In this document: positions 26,876 to 35,914 of the stretch, one piece after another
Numbering within the stretch: position 1 is the first letter of the stretch
Layout of the letters: each line of letters starts with the position of its first letter
NCBI GenBank assembly: GCA_016284045.1
Contig: JAEEOB010000071.1
Location: 2,394-66,393, forward strand
Direction: 5' to 3'
DNA from: Bacteroidaceae bacterium
Lineage (GTDB): Bacteria; Bacteroidota; Bacteroidia; Bacteroidales; Bacteroidaceae
Length of the DNA stretch: 64,000 bases
Notes under the pieces: model-generated
The model's database searches: none
Seen by the model: the letters and a program-made list of their open reading frames with translations, nothing else
Told to the model about the DNA's origin: nothing
Translations under genes and position numbers: made by a program

Positions 26876-28185
26876 ACACCCCGATAGATAAAGGCCTGGT
26901 TGACGGCATCATCAGCGAACTGGGCATCCAAGATTTTGCGAAAGCCACCATCCGCGAGGTGAAACTCACCGCATCTATCGCCGAGAAAAAATCTGGCGTG
27001 GAATTCATCAAGATGGAGATGGGCATCCCCGGTCTGCCTGCATCGAAAGTGGGCGTGAAAGCCCAGATTCAGGCATTGAGGAACGGCATCGCCAACCTCT
27101 ACCCCAACATCCAGGGCCTGCCAGAGCTGAAGCAGGAGGCATCTCGCTTCATCAAGGCATTCATTGGCATCGACATCAGCCCAGAGGGCTGCGTGCCAGT
27201 GTGCGGAAGCATGCAGGGCACTTTCGCCTCGTTCCTCACCTGCTCTCAGTGCGACAAGCGGAAAGACACCGTGTTGTTTATCGACCCAGGCTTCCCCGTA
27301 CAGAAGATGCAGCTGCAGGTGATGGGCGTGAAATACGAGACCTTCGATGTCTATCACTTCAGAGGCGACAAACTGGAGAAGAAACTGGAGAGCTATCTGA
27401 AGAAAGGGAATATCTGTGCCATCGTCTATTCCAATCCTAACAACCCATCATGGATATGCATGACAGAGGATGAGCTGAAGACCATCGGCACGCTCGCCAC
27501 GAAATACGACGCCATCGTGATGGAAGACCTCGCTTATTTCGCCATGGACTTCCGTAAAGACCTCAGCACCCCGTTCCAACCGCCTTACCAGGCCACCGTG
27601 GGACGCTACACCGACAACTACATGCTGCTCATCAGCGGTTCGAAGGCATTCAGCTATGCCGGCGAGCGCATCGGCGTGACCTGCATCAGCGACAAGCTGT
27701 TCCACCGCCATTTCGATGATTTGGCAAACCGCTACGAGGGTCTGCCTTTCGGGCCGGTATTCTCCACGCGTATGCTCTACGCACTGTCGTCGGGCACCAG
27801 CCACTCGGCTCAGTTCGCCATGGCAGCCATGCTCAAAGCCGCTGCCGACGGTGACTATGACTTCCGCAGCGACATCAGCGAATATGCCCGCCGCGCGCAT
27901 AAACTCAAAGAGATATTCTGCCGCCACGGATTCCATGTGGTCTATGATAAAGACCTCAACCAGCCCATCGCCGACGGTTTCTATTTCACCATCGGCTATC
28001 CGGGCATGACCAGCGGACAGCTGGCCCACGAACTGATGTACTACGGCGTGAGCGCCATCAGCCTCGTCACCACGGGATCAGAGCAGGAGGGTCTGCGTGT
28101 CTGCACCTCCTTCATTGAGGACCATCAATATGAGCAATTAGAAGAAAGAATGCAAATCTTCGAGGAGAATAATAAAATAATTTAA
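26872..28185 (+). CDS. PLP-dependent aminotransferase (class I/II)
   Basis: 437 aa. Overlaps the iorB stop by 4 nt (ATGA). SGSKAFSYAGERIG contains the PLP-lysine context. Confidence 0.88.
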   Translation: MNTPIDKGLVDGIISELGIQDFAKATIREVKLTASIAEKKSGVEFIKMEMGIPGLPASKVGVKAQIQALRNGIANLYPNIQGLPELKQEASRFIKAFIGIDISPEGCVPVCGSMQGTFASFLTCSQCDKRKDTVLFIDPGFPVQKMQLQVMGVKYETFDVYHFRGDKLEKKLESYLKKGNICAIVYSNPNNPSWICMTEDELKTIGTLATKYDAIVMEDLAYFAMDFRKDLSTPFQPPYQATVGRYTDNYMLLISGSKAFSYAGERIGVTCISDKLFHRHFDDLANRYEGLPFGPVFSTRMLYALSSGTSHSAQFAMAAMLKAAADGDYDFRSDISEYARRAHKLKEIFCRHGFHVVYDKDLNQPIADGFYFTIGYPGMTSGQLAHELMYYGVSAISLVTTGSEQEGLRVCTSFIEDHQYEQLEERMQIFEENNKII

Positions 28186-28250
28186 AATCAGTTTTTAGCA
28201 CCAATTTCATAGAAACTGAAAACTAAAAACTAAAAACTAAAAACTCAATT

Positions 28251-29558
28251 ATGATTTTCAATCCAAAAATGGAGTGCATGCCCAGAGAGGACATGCATAA
28301 GCTGCAGAGCGAGAGACTATGCAAAATCGTGAAATACTGCTATGAGCGCGTGCCGTTCTATAAAAAGAAGATGGACCGCCTCGGTCTGTCTCCCGACGAC
28401 ATCAAAAGCATCGACGATATTGTGAAACTGCCGTTCACCACCAAAACCGATCTTCGCGACGAATATCCTTTTGGTCTGCAAGCTGTTCCAATGAGTGAGG
28501 TAAGACGAATACACGCATCATCGGGTACAACCGGCAAGCCCGTAGTAGCCACCTACACCGACCACGACATTGAGATGTGGTCAGAGGGCGTGGCACGTGT
28601 GATGAGCTGCGCCAACGTAGGCAAAGGCGATGTCATTCAGGTGTCGTATGGCTACGGACTCTTCACCGGCGGCCTGGGTGCCCACGACGGTGCGAACAAA
28701 GTGGGAGCCATTCAGCTGCCCACCTCCGCAGGAAACTCAGAGAAGCAGATTATGCTCATGCAGGACTTCGGATCCACCGTGCTTGCCTGCACCCCGTCTT
28801 ACGCACTCCATCTCGCTGAACGCATAGAGCAAAGCGACAAGGTTGACATCAACAACATGAAGCTCCGTGTGGGTTTCTTCGGTGCAGAGCCCTGGACTGA
28901 GGGAATGCGCAAAGAACTGGAATCCAAACTCCACATCAAGGCATTCGATATTTACGGCCTGACCGAGATGAGCGGTCCTGGCGTGGGCGGCGAATGTGAG
29001 GAGCAGAACGGCACCCACCTTTGGGAGGATATGTTCTACCCTGAGATTATCAACCCCGACACACTGGAGCCATGCGCACATGGCGAGTTCGGGGAGCTTG
29101 TATTCACATCGCTCTGCAAGGAGGCGATGCCGATTATCCGCTACCGCACGCGCGACCTCACCCGTCTGATTTACGAGCCATGCAAATGCGGCCGCACCGC
29201 CGTGCGTATGGACAAAATCCTGGGCCGAAGCGACGACATGCTGATTGTCCGCGGTGTGAACGTGTTCCCTTCAACCATCGAGGCCATCCTCACCGAATTC
29301 CCGGTGTTCACACCACAGTATTTCATCACTGTTGACAGAAAGAACAACGAGGATATGTTCGACCTCGACGTGGAGCTGCGCAACGAGTTCTTCTCACCCA
29401 ACCCGTCGAAGCAGATGCCGTTCATCAAGCCGCTCTACGACCGTATCGTCAGCGTGGTAGGCATCAAGCCGAACATCCACATCAAAGAGCCTAACAGCAT
29501 CGCCCGCTCCATCGGCAAAGCAAAGCACGTGAACGACAAACGAAATTTCCACAGATAA
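28251..29558 (+). CDS. paaK: phenylacetate-CoA ligase family (PaaK-like) adenylate-forming enzyme
   Basis: 435 aa. SSGTTGKPVV AMP-binding motif and YRTRDLT motif. Confidence 0.9.
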   Translation: MIFNPKMECMPREDMHKLQSERLCKIVKYCYERVPFYKKKMDRLGLSPDDIKSIDDIVKLPFTTKTDLRDEYPFGLQAVPMSEVRRIHASSGTTGKPVVATYTDHDIEMWSEGVARVMSCANVGKGDVIQVSYGYGLFTGGLGAHDGANKVGAIQLPTSAGNSEKQIMLMQDFGSTVLACTPSYALHLAERIEQSDKVDINNMKLRVGFFGAEPWTEGMRKELESKLHIKAFDIYGLTEMSGPGVGGECEEQNGTHLWEDMFYPEIINPDTLEPCAHGEFGELVFTSLCKEAMPIIRYRTRDLTRLIYEPCKCGRTAVRMDKILGRSDDMLIVRGVNVFPSTIEAILTEFPVFTPQYFITVDRKNNEDMFDLDVELRNEFFSPNPSKQMPFIKPLYDRIVSVVGIKPNIHIKEPNSIARSIGKAKHVNDKRNFHR

Positions 29559-29579
29559 GTAGCTGTTAGCTTTTTAGTT

Positions 29580-29615
29580 GTCCTTAAAGTCCCTAAAGAC
29601 CTTAAAGACCCTATA
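29580..29615. repeat. tandem 9-bp word GTCCTTAAA-like x4
   Basis: gtccttaaa gtccctaaa gaccttaaa gaccctata in the spacer between the two paaK-like genes. Confidence 0.8.
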
Positions 29616-29671
29616 GGCATCAATCTATCTCTTAATTTTAACTCCCCAATTAATCTAAACCCATTTTCCCA

Positions 29672-30985
29672 ATGGACTACAAATCAGAATACCTACATCC
29701 CCAGTTCGAGGCACTCAGCCGTGAGGAGCTGGAGAAACTGCAGATAGAACGGCTGCAGGCAACTGTACGTCACTGCATGAACTCCCCGTTCTACAAGCAG
29801 CGATTTGAGGAATGCGGACTGAAACCAGAGGACATCAAGAGCCTCGACGACATCCGCAAGATTCCGTTCACCACCAAGCAAGACCTGCGCGACACCTATC
29901 CGTTCGGCATGGCCAGTGTGCCTCTCACCAAGTGTGTACGTCTGCACTCGTCATCCGGCACTACCGGCAACCCCACCGTGATTCTTCACACGCAGAAAGA
30001 CCTCGATGAATGGGCAAACGCTGTGGCTCGCTGCCTGTGGATGGTGGGTCTGCGTCCCGACGACGTGTTCCAGAACTCATCCGGCTACGGCATGTTCACC
30101 GGCGGACTTGGATTCCAGTATGGTGCTGAGCGGCTTGGTGCGTTGACCGTTCCCGCCGCCGCCGGCAACTCACTGCGCCAGATCAAGTTTATCAAGGACT
30201 TCGGCACCACTGCCATCCATGCCGTGCCAAGCTACGTGACCCGTCTGTATGAGGTGATGCGCGAGCAGGGAGTTGACCCGCGCCGCGACACGAAACTGAA
30301 AGTACTTGCCATCGGTGCTGAGCCCCACTCGGAAGAGCAGCGTAAACGCATCGAGGATATGCTCGGTGTGAAAGCCTACAACTCTTTCGGAATGAGTGAG
30401 ATGTGCGGACCTGGCGTCGGATTCGAGTGCAAAGAGCAGAACGGACTGCACTTCTGGGAAGACTATTACATCGTTGAGATTGTTGACCCGGAGACCTTAG
30501 AGCCGGTTCCTGACGGAGAGATCGGCGAGCTCGTGCTCACCACGCTGAACCGTGAGGCGATGCCACTGCTGCGTTACCGAACCCGTGACCTCACCCGTGT
30601 GCTCGGCCGTACCTGTCCTTGCGGACGTAACCATATCCGCCTCGACCGCATGAAAGGCCGCAGCGACGACATGATAGTACTCCGCGGCGTGAACATCTTC
30701 CCGATTCAGATTGAGAAGATTCTCATGCAGTTCGAGGAGCTTGCCAACAACTACCTCATCACGCTGACCACCGACGAGGACAACGACAACATGACCGTGG
30801 AGGTGGAGCTCGACAAGTTCGACGACGACTACGGACGTCTCCAGAAACTGGAGAAGGAAATCCGCCGCCGTCTGAAAGACGAGATACTGCTCACTCCGTT
30901 CGTCCGCCTCGTACCGAAAGGATCGCTCCCTGTCAGCGAAGGCAAAGCCGTCCGCGTGGTTGACAAGAGGACGGTATATCAATAA
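29672..30985 (+). CDS. paaK: phenylacetate-CoA ligase family (second PaaK-like paralogue)
   Basis: 437 aa. SSGTTGNPTV and YRTRDLT motifs. Paralogue of 28251-29558. Confidence 0.9.
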   Translation: MDYKSEYLHPQFEALSREELEKLQIERLQATVRHCMNSPFYKQRFEECGLKPEDIKSLDDIRKIPFTTKQDLRDTYPFGMASVPLTKCVRLHSSSGTTGNPTVILHTQKDLDEWANAVARCLWMVGLRPDDVFQNSSGYGMFTGGLGFQYGAERLGALTVPAAAGNSLRQIKFIKDFGTTAIHAVPSYVTRLYEVMREQGVDPRRDTKLKVLAIGAEPHSEEQRKRIEDMLGVKAYNSFGMSEMCGPGVGFECKEQNGLHFWEDYYIVEIVDPETLEPVPDGEIGELVLTTLNREAMPLLRYRTRDLTRVLGRTCPCGRNHIRLDRMKGRSDDMIVLRGVNIFPIQIEKILMQFEELANNYLITLTTDEDNDNMTVEVELDKFDDDYGRLQKLEKEIRRRLKDEILLTPFVRLVPKGSLPVSEGKAVRVVDKRTVYQ

Positions 30986-30990
30986 TTAAT

Positions 30991-31073
30991 AGGAAGTTAT
31001 ATTCCTGCGGAACAGGAAGTTATATTTTCTGCGAAAATAGGGAGTTATATTCCTGCGGAATAGGAAGTAAAAG
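30991..31073. repeat. ~24-bp tandem repeat AGGAAGTTATATTCCTGCGGAAY x3.4
   Basis: Read directly from the sequence. Same word family as 32952-33128 and ~63609-63650. Confidence 0.8.
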
Positions 31074-31158
31074 AGGAATGACCAACCCAAATACAAGACT
31101 ATCGTCCACTCTAACTCCCGCATAATAAAATCTGTAAATCGTAAATCTGTAAATAAAA

Positions 31159-31587
31159 ATGACCATCCATCAGATATCCATTTTCATAGAGAACCGTTCC
31201 GGCACGATGATAAAGGTGCTGGAGGTGCTCAAGCAGGCAGGCATCGACCTGATTGCCTCCACTGTGGCGGACACCACGGAATACGGCATCTACCGTATCA
31301 TCTGCTCGGAACCGCTGCGTGCTCACGAAGAGTTGCAGAAAGCCGGCATCGTTGTCACAATCTCCGACGTGTTCGCACTCGAGCTTGACAACAAGCCAGG
31401 ACGTGCTGCCGATGCTGTCCGCATCTTCAGTGAGGCAGGCATCAACCTCTCCTACATGTATTCATTCCTGCTCAACGGCAAGGGCATCCTAATTTTCCGT
31501 ACAGACGACAACGAGAAAGCAAAAGCTGTCATCAAGGAAAAGGGACTGAAATACATCGAAGAGCCCAACCTCGCCGGACTGGCATAA
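31159..31587 (+). CDS. ACT-domain protein (tandem ACT)
   Basis: 142 aa. ISIFIENRSGTMIKVLEVLKQAGIDLIA and LELDNKPGRAADAVRIFSEAGINL are ACT-like. Commonly found beside paaK-like genes. Confidence 0.85.
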   Translation: MTIHQISIFIENRSGTMIKVLEVLKQAGIDLIASTVADTTEYGIYRIICSEPLRAHEELQKAGIVVTISDVFALELDNKPGRAADAVRIFSEAGINLSYMYSFLLNGKGILIFRTDDNEKAKAVIKEKGLKYIEEPNLAGLA

Positions 31588-31615
31588 CCAGCCGTTCAGC
31601 AGAAACTCAGAACAT

Positions 31616-31660
31616 AAAAAGATGCGCCGGAATGAAATCTGACGCATCTTTTTATTTGTT
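31616..31660 (+). terminator. Rho-independent terminator after the ACT gene
   Basis: AAAAAGATGCG-N16-CGCATCTTTTT followed by ATTTGTTTT. Confidence 0.75.
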
Positions 31661-31680
31661 TTCACACCAATAAAACAAAC

Positions 31681-31744
31681 TTATGTCCTTAAAAATGTTG
31701 ACGAACGCATTTTTATGTCCTTAAAAATGTTGTGGAAAGCGTTT
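31681..31744. repeat. 32-bp direct repeat x2 (TTATGTCCTTAAAAATGTTG + variable 12 nt)
   Basis: The 20-nt core is identical at 31681-31700 and 31713-31732. Confidence 0.85.
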
Positions 31745-31790
31745 TTCGTTATTTTGTAGATTGCATAAAGAAATCGGTGAAAGCTCTATT

Positions 31791-31945
31791 GGGTTCGGCT
31801 GGGGGCGTGGTCGTCCCGACCGCGTCAGTCGTCGAGGGCTCGATGCCCGAAGATGTATGAAATAAAAAGCCATCCGCAGGCTACTAAAAACTACAAACTA
31901 TAAGCTATAAACTAAAAAAGATGCACGAAGACGGATGAAAAAGAA
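31791..31945 (+). repeat. structured repeat family 3, copy 1
   Basis: gggttcggctgggggcgtggtcgtcccgaccgcgtcagtcgtcgagggctcgatgcccgaag... followed by a CTAC/CTAT-word tail. Matches 61557-61684 (inverted) and 63820-63924. Confidence 0.8.
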
Positions 31946-31981
31946 AAGCAATTCATGAAATGCCTGATTAGAATAAAAAAA

Positions 31982-32938
31982 TCAGAACTCCACGACGTTC
32001 TGTGGAGAGCCGTCGATGAATGCCTTGACGTTGGCTGTGGCGATGTCGATGAGCCGCTGGCGGGCTTCAGCAGTTGCCCATGCGATATGCGGTGTGAAGA
32101 AAGCGTTGTGGGCGGTTAGCAGAGGATTGCCGTCGCGCGGCGGCTCCTGTGTGATGACATCTGCTCCGTATGCATAAACCGTTCCGGCATTGAGCGCCTC
32201 AGCCAAGTCGTCGTCGTTGACGAGCGGTCCGCGCCCGGTGTTGATGATGATGGCGTTCTGCTTCATGGTGGCAAGCCGCTGACGGTTGACCAGATGACGG
32301 GTTGACTCTGTGAGCGGGCAATGGAGGCTAACGATGTCGGCAGTCTCAAAGAGGTCGTCCATATTGGCGCGGACCACTCCCTCCGGCAGCTGGTCCTGCA
32401 GCTTCGAAGTGAAGGCAAGCACCCGCATGCCAAACGCCAAGGCGATTTTCGCCACTTTCATGCCGATATTTCCGAGTCCCACCAGTCCGATGGTCTTGCC
32501 CGCAAGCTCATGGAACGGATGATCGAGGTAAGCGAAGTCCTTACAAGTCTGCCATTTACCCTCGCGGTTGGCATCGGCATACCATCCCACACGGTTGACG
32601 ATATTGAGGATATGGGCAAACGTCATCTGTGCCACGCTGTCGGTGCTGTAGGCCGGTATGTTGGTGACGACCACATGCTGCTTTGCAGCAGCCTCGAGAT
32701 CCACCACATTATAGCCCGTGGCAAGTACGCCTATATATAGCAGGCGCGGCAGCTGATTGAGTATTTCAGCACTGAGCACAGTTTTGTTGGTCAGCACAAT
32801 CTCAGCCCCTTTGCAGCGTTCCACCACGTCCTGCGGGTCAGTGCGATCATACACTGAGAGGTCGCCCAGCCCGGCAAGCCCGCTCCATGAGAGGTCGCCC
32901 TGATTGGCAGTGTATGCGTCAAGAATTACGATTTTCAT
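31982..32938 (-). CDS. D-isomer-specific 2-hydroxyacid dehydrogenase (glycerate/hydroxypyruvate reductase-like)
   Basis: 318 aa. NAD-binding motif GLVGLGNIGMKVA and catalytic region FFTPHIAWAT. Confidence 0.9.
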   Translation of the reverse strand: MKIVILDAYTANQGDLSWSGLAGLGDLSVYDRTDPQDVVERCKGAEIVLTNKTVLSAEILNQLPRLLYIGVLATGYNVVDLEAAAKQHVVVTNIPAYSTDSVAQMTFAHILNIVNRVGWYADANREGKWQTCKDFAYLDHPFHELAGKTIGLVGLGNIGMKVAKIALAFGMRVLAFTSKLQDQLPEGVVRANMDDLFETADIVSLHCPLTESTRHLVNRQRLATMKQNAIIINTGRGPLVNDDDLAEALNAGTVYAYGADVITQEPPRDGNPLLTAHNAFFTPHIAWATAEARQRLIDIATANVKAFIDGSPQNVVEF

Positions 32939-32951
32939 GATTATATTAAAT

Positions 32952-33128
32952 GGGAGTTAAAATTTCATTTGGAGTTAAATTTCTTGCAGAAAATGGAGTT
33001 AAATTCCTGCGGAATTGGGAGTTGAAATTGCATTTGGAGTTAAATATCTTGCAGAAAGTGGAGTTAATCCTGCGGGATAGGAGGTAATTCTTCAAACGGG
33101 AGTTGTATCCCTGCGGGATAGGGAATAA
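32952..33128. repeat. ~65-bp tandem repeat x2.7 (GGAGTTAAAT / TTCCTGCGGAAT words)
   Basis: Units at 32952-33016, 33017-33079 and a partial unit at 33080-33128. Lies between a candidate promoter (33165-33172) and the ATG at 32938. Confidence 0.85.
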
Positions 33129-33164
33129 TATTATCTACGAAAACAGAGAGTAATTATTTCTGCA

Positions 33165-33172
33165 CAAAGATA
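33165..33172 (-). promoter_or_regulatory. candidate -7 box TATCTTTG for the dehydrogenase gene
   Basis: Plus strand reads caaagata. Implies a ~220 nt leader containing the tandem repeats. Confidence 0.35.
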
Positions 33173-33227
33173 CGGATTTTTGCAATATAAACGATAAAAA
33201 AACGTTAAAATAAATGATAAAACAGAC

Positions 33228-34715
33228 ATGGGCAGCCCAAAAGGACATAAAAAGAAGGACAACGGCCTGAACCACATCCTGAAATACACTGGTATCTTCG
33301 GGATGGTTCAGGTGTTGAACATGCTGATGAACATCATCCGCAATAAAATTGCCGCCATCTTTCTGGGTCCTGCCGGCATGGGTATGCTTGACATGTACAA
33401 CAAAGCATCGAACCTGCTGAGCCAATCAACTAATTTCGGCATTTCGATAAGCGGAGTGAAGCATGTGTCGGAAGTGTCGGTCCAGAATGACCATGCGAAG
33501 ACACTTCACTACGCCACGACATTACGCACCTACAGCGTGATGGTAGGTCTCTTCGGCATGCTTGCATGCATCTGCTGCCACTGGCTGCTTCGCGACAGCT
33601 ACGAGACGGTGAACTTCCTGCTGTTATCTCCCACCATCCTGATGATGGCAGTGACCGGCGGCGAGATGGCGATTATGAAAGGGACAAGACGGCTGATGCG
33701 GCTGACGAAAGTGTCGGTACTCGTGGCGTTCATTATCCTTGCCGTATTCGCTCCCTTCTTCTATCTGATGCGCAGCCAAGGCATCCCATGGGCATTGCTG
33801 GTGAGCCAACTATTAGTGATGCTCGCCACGCTCCACTACTCCACCCTTGGCCTGCCCTACCATATCGCACTCTTTTCCCGCGACCACCTTCGCCAAGGCC
33901 TGCCGATGCTTCGTCTGGGTATCGGACTGATTATCGCTGGCTTGTTCGGTCAAGGATCGACTTGGTTCATCAACTATTTCATCGAGCAGTCGAACGGTCT
34001 GGGCGACGTAGGACTTTACAACCGTGGCTACACGATGGCTGTGGTGTATGCGTCGATTATCTTCAGTGCCATGGACGCCGACTATTATCCCCGTCTGTCA
34101 GCGACAGCAAAAGACGTGACGCTGCAGAACCAGACGATAAACCATCAGATAGAGGTGTTCGTGCTGCTGATCGCCCCGTTCCTGATTTTCTTCGCCATCG
34201 GCATGCCACTGATTATCCCCATTTTGTTCTCAAAGGCTTTCGTGCCATGTATCAGCATGTCGGTTGGCGCGCTGCTGTTCATGTATTTCAGGGCACTGTG
34301 CCTGCCTGTGAGCTATCTGGCGCTTGCCCGTGGCGACTCGAAGATGTATATGTTCACAGAGCTTGTCTATGACATCCTCATAGCGACGGTCGTGCCCATC
34401 GTCTATGCCCGCTGGGGTCTCACCGCCACCGGCTTCACGATCTCCGCCTGCGGACTGCTCGACCTGCTGATGATTTACGGTCTCTACCGCTGGCGCTATC
34501 ATTTCCGGTTTGATTTCAGTTACCTTTGGATTTACATCATCCACGGAGTGTTGCTTGGTGGCGCCATCGCATTGGCTTTCACCACCCACGGCTTGGTGCG
34601 GTGGGTCTGCGGCTGCACGTTGGGCGTGGTGTCGCTCTGGCTGTCGTTCCATATCCTCTCCAAAGAGACCGATTTTATAAAGAAACTCAAAAACAAATTC
34701 CGCCGACATGAGTAA
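33228..34715 (+). CDS. oligosaccharide flippase (Wzx / polysaccharide biosynthesis protein family)
   Basis: 495 aa with ~12-14 predicted TM helices. N-terminus LKYTGIFGMVQVLNMLMNIIRNKIAAIFLGPAGMG is typical of the family. Confidence 0.85.
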   Translation: MGSPKGHKKKDNGLNHILKYTGIFGMVQVLNMLMNIIRNKIAAIFLGPAGMGMLDMYNKASNLLSQSTNFGISISGVKHVSEVSVQNDHAKTLHYATTLRTYSVMVGLFGMLACICCHWLLRDSYETVNFLLLSPTILMMAVTGGEMAIMKGTRRLMRLTKVSVLVAFIILAVFAPFFYLMRSQGIPWALLVSQLLVMLATLHYSTLGLPYHIALFSRDHLRQGLPMLRLGIGLIIAGLFGQGSTWFINYFIEQSNGLGDVGLYNRGYTMAVVYASIIFSAMDADYYPRLSATAKDVTLQNQTINHQIEVFVLLIAPFLIFFAIGMPLIIPILFSKAFVPCISMSVGALLFMYFRALCLPVSYLALARGDSKMYMFTELVYDILIATVVPIVYARWGLTATGFTISACGLLDLLMIYGLYRWRYHFRFDFSYLWIYIIHGVLLGGAIALAFTTHGLVRWVCGCTLGVVSLWLSFHILSKETDFIKKLKNKFRRHE

Positions 34716-35742
34716 AATCAGTGTATTGACCGCAGTATATAACGACGAAGCGCATATCCGCAAATGCCTTGACTCGCTTTGCTCGCAGACGCTGGAAGAC
34801 ATCCAGATAATCTGCATCGACGACCACTCCACCGACACCTCGCTGTTGATTCTGAAGGAATATGCCTCCCGCGACCCCCGCATCGTGGTGCTTGAGCAAC
34901 CAGAGAACCGTGGTCAGGCCATAGCGCGGAACGAGGGCATCAAGATTGCCGACGGTGAATTCATCACGATGCTCGACAGCGACGACTGGTTCGCTCCCGA
35001 CGCGCTGGAGAAAGCCTACGAGGCGTTGCATGAGAGTCCCGAGTGCGACTGTGCGCTGTTCAAGCTGATGCTATGCTATCCAGAGGAGGAAGGTGAGGGC
35101 ATTCGGATGGAGGAGTTTGTGAACCACACCACACATAAGTTGATGGTTGGAATCGACGCGTTTGTGCTGAGTCTCGACCAAAGCATCCACGGGCTCTATC
35201 TCGCCCGCGCGGAGCTGTTCAGGGAATACCCCTACGACACGAGCTGCCGCCTCTACAGCGACGACAACACCACCTGCATCCATTATCTCCACTCTCGCAA
35301 CGTGGTGTTCTGCGACGGTGAGTATTACTATCTCAAGCATAAGGATGCCTCTACTGCCAAACCTTCGATTCTGCGCTTCGACTATATGTATGCGAACCTC
35401 AACCTGAAACGGACGTTGGAACGAGAGAGCGAGTCAGGGATGCTTGGCAGCCACAGCGACAGCCAAAAGATTCTCGATTTCTACGAATCGCACCGGTGGC
35501 TCATCGTCATCGACAGCTATTATTTCTACTATCTCTACCGCAAGCAGTTCAGTCAGGAGGAGTGTCAGGCCATCAAAGAGCGATTCAAGGACATCCTTCA
35601 GACCATCGAGACCCGCCGGATTTCATGGAACCTGCGCATCAAGCCCGGCTACATGCCCGTGAAGCGCTGGTGGCTGTTCAAGACGATGGAAAACTTCTAT
35701 TTCTTCCTCAAGCACAAGTTCTCCCCGTCAGATCATTTTTGA
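34708..35742 (+). CDS. family 2 glycosyltransferase
   Basis: 344 aa. ISVLTAVYNDEAHIRKCLDSLCSQTLEDIQIICIDDHSTD plus a DSDD motif. Overlaps the flippase stop by 8 nt. Confidence 0.88.
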   Translation: MSKISVLTAVYNDEAHIRKCLDSLCSQTLEDIQIICIDDHSTDTSLLILKEYASRDPRIVVLEQPENRGQAIARNEGIKIADGEFITMLDSDDWFAPDALEKAYEALHESPECDCALFKLMLCYPEEEGEGIRMEEFVNHTTHKLMVGIDAFVLSLDQSIHGLYLARAELFREYPYDTSCRLYSDDNTTCIHYLHSRNVVFCDGEYYYLKHKDASTAKPSILRFDYMYANLNLKRTLERESESGMLGSHSDSQKILDFYESHRWLIVIDSYYFYYLYRKQFSQEECQAIKERFKDILQTIETRRISWNLRIKPGYMPVKRWWLFKTMENFYFFLKHKFSPSDHF

Positions 35743-35743
35743 T

Positions 35744-35788
35744 GATTTATAGGATTTATAGTGGCTATAGTAGCTATAGTGACTATAA
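35744..35788. repeat. tandem 9-bp word (GATTTATAG / TRGCTATAG) x5
   Basis: gatttatag gatttatag tggctatag tagctatag tgactataa read directly from the sequence. Confidence 0.85.
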
Positions 35789-35914
35789 AAAAGTAAAGGG
35801 GACATTAGTCTTTAGTTTTTGTGACAATTCTGACTTTCCAACTGCTTTTCATTGGAAAGACCCATAAGATATCAGTAGTTGGTAATTAATCTGTAACTTG
35901 GATAAAACTTTATT

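Noticed and set aside
31791-31830. tRNA-like string GGGTTCGGCTGGGGGCGTGGTCGTCCCGACC
   Set aside because: No cloverleaf can be drawn: there is no acceptor/T-arm pairing and no GTTCRANNC T-loop. It is the head of repeat family 3, present in several copies.
33566-34372. 268-aa same-strand alternative-frame ORF inside the flippase gene
   Set aside because: It is an Arg/Pro/Asp-rich off-frame product. The flippase frame gives a coherent polytopic membrane protein across the whole span.
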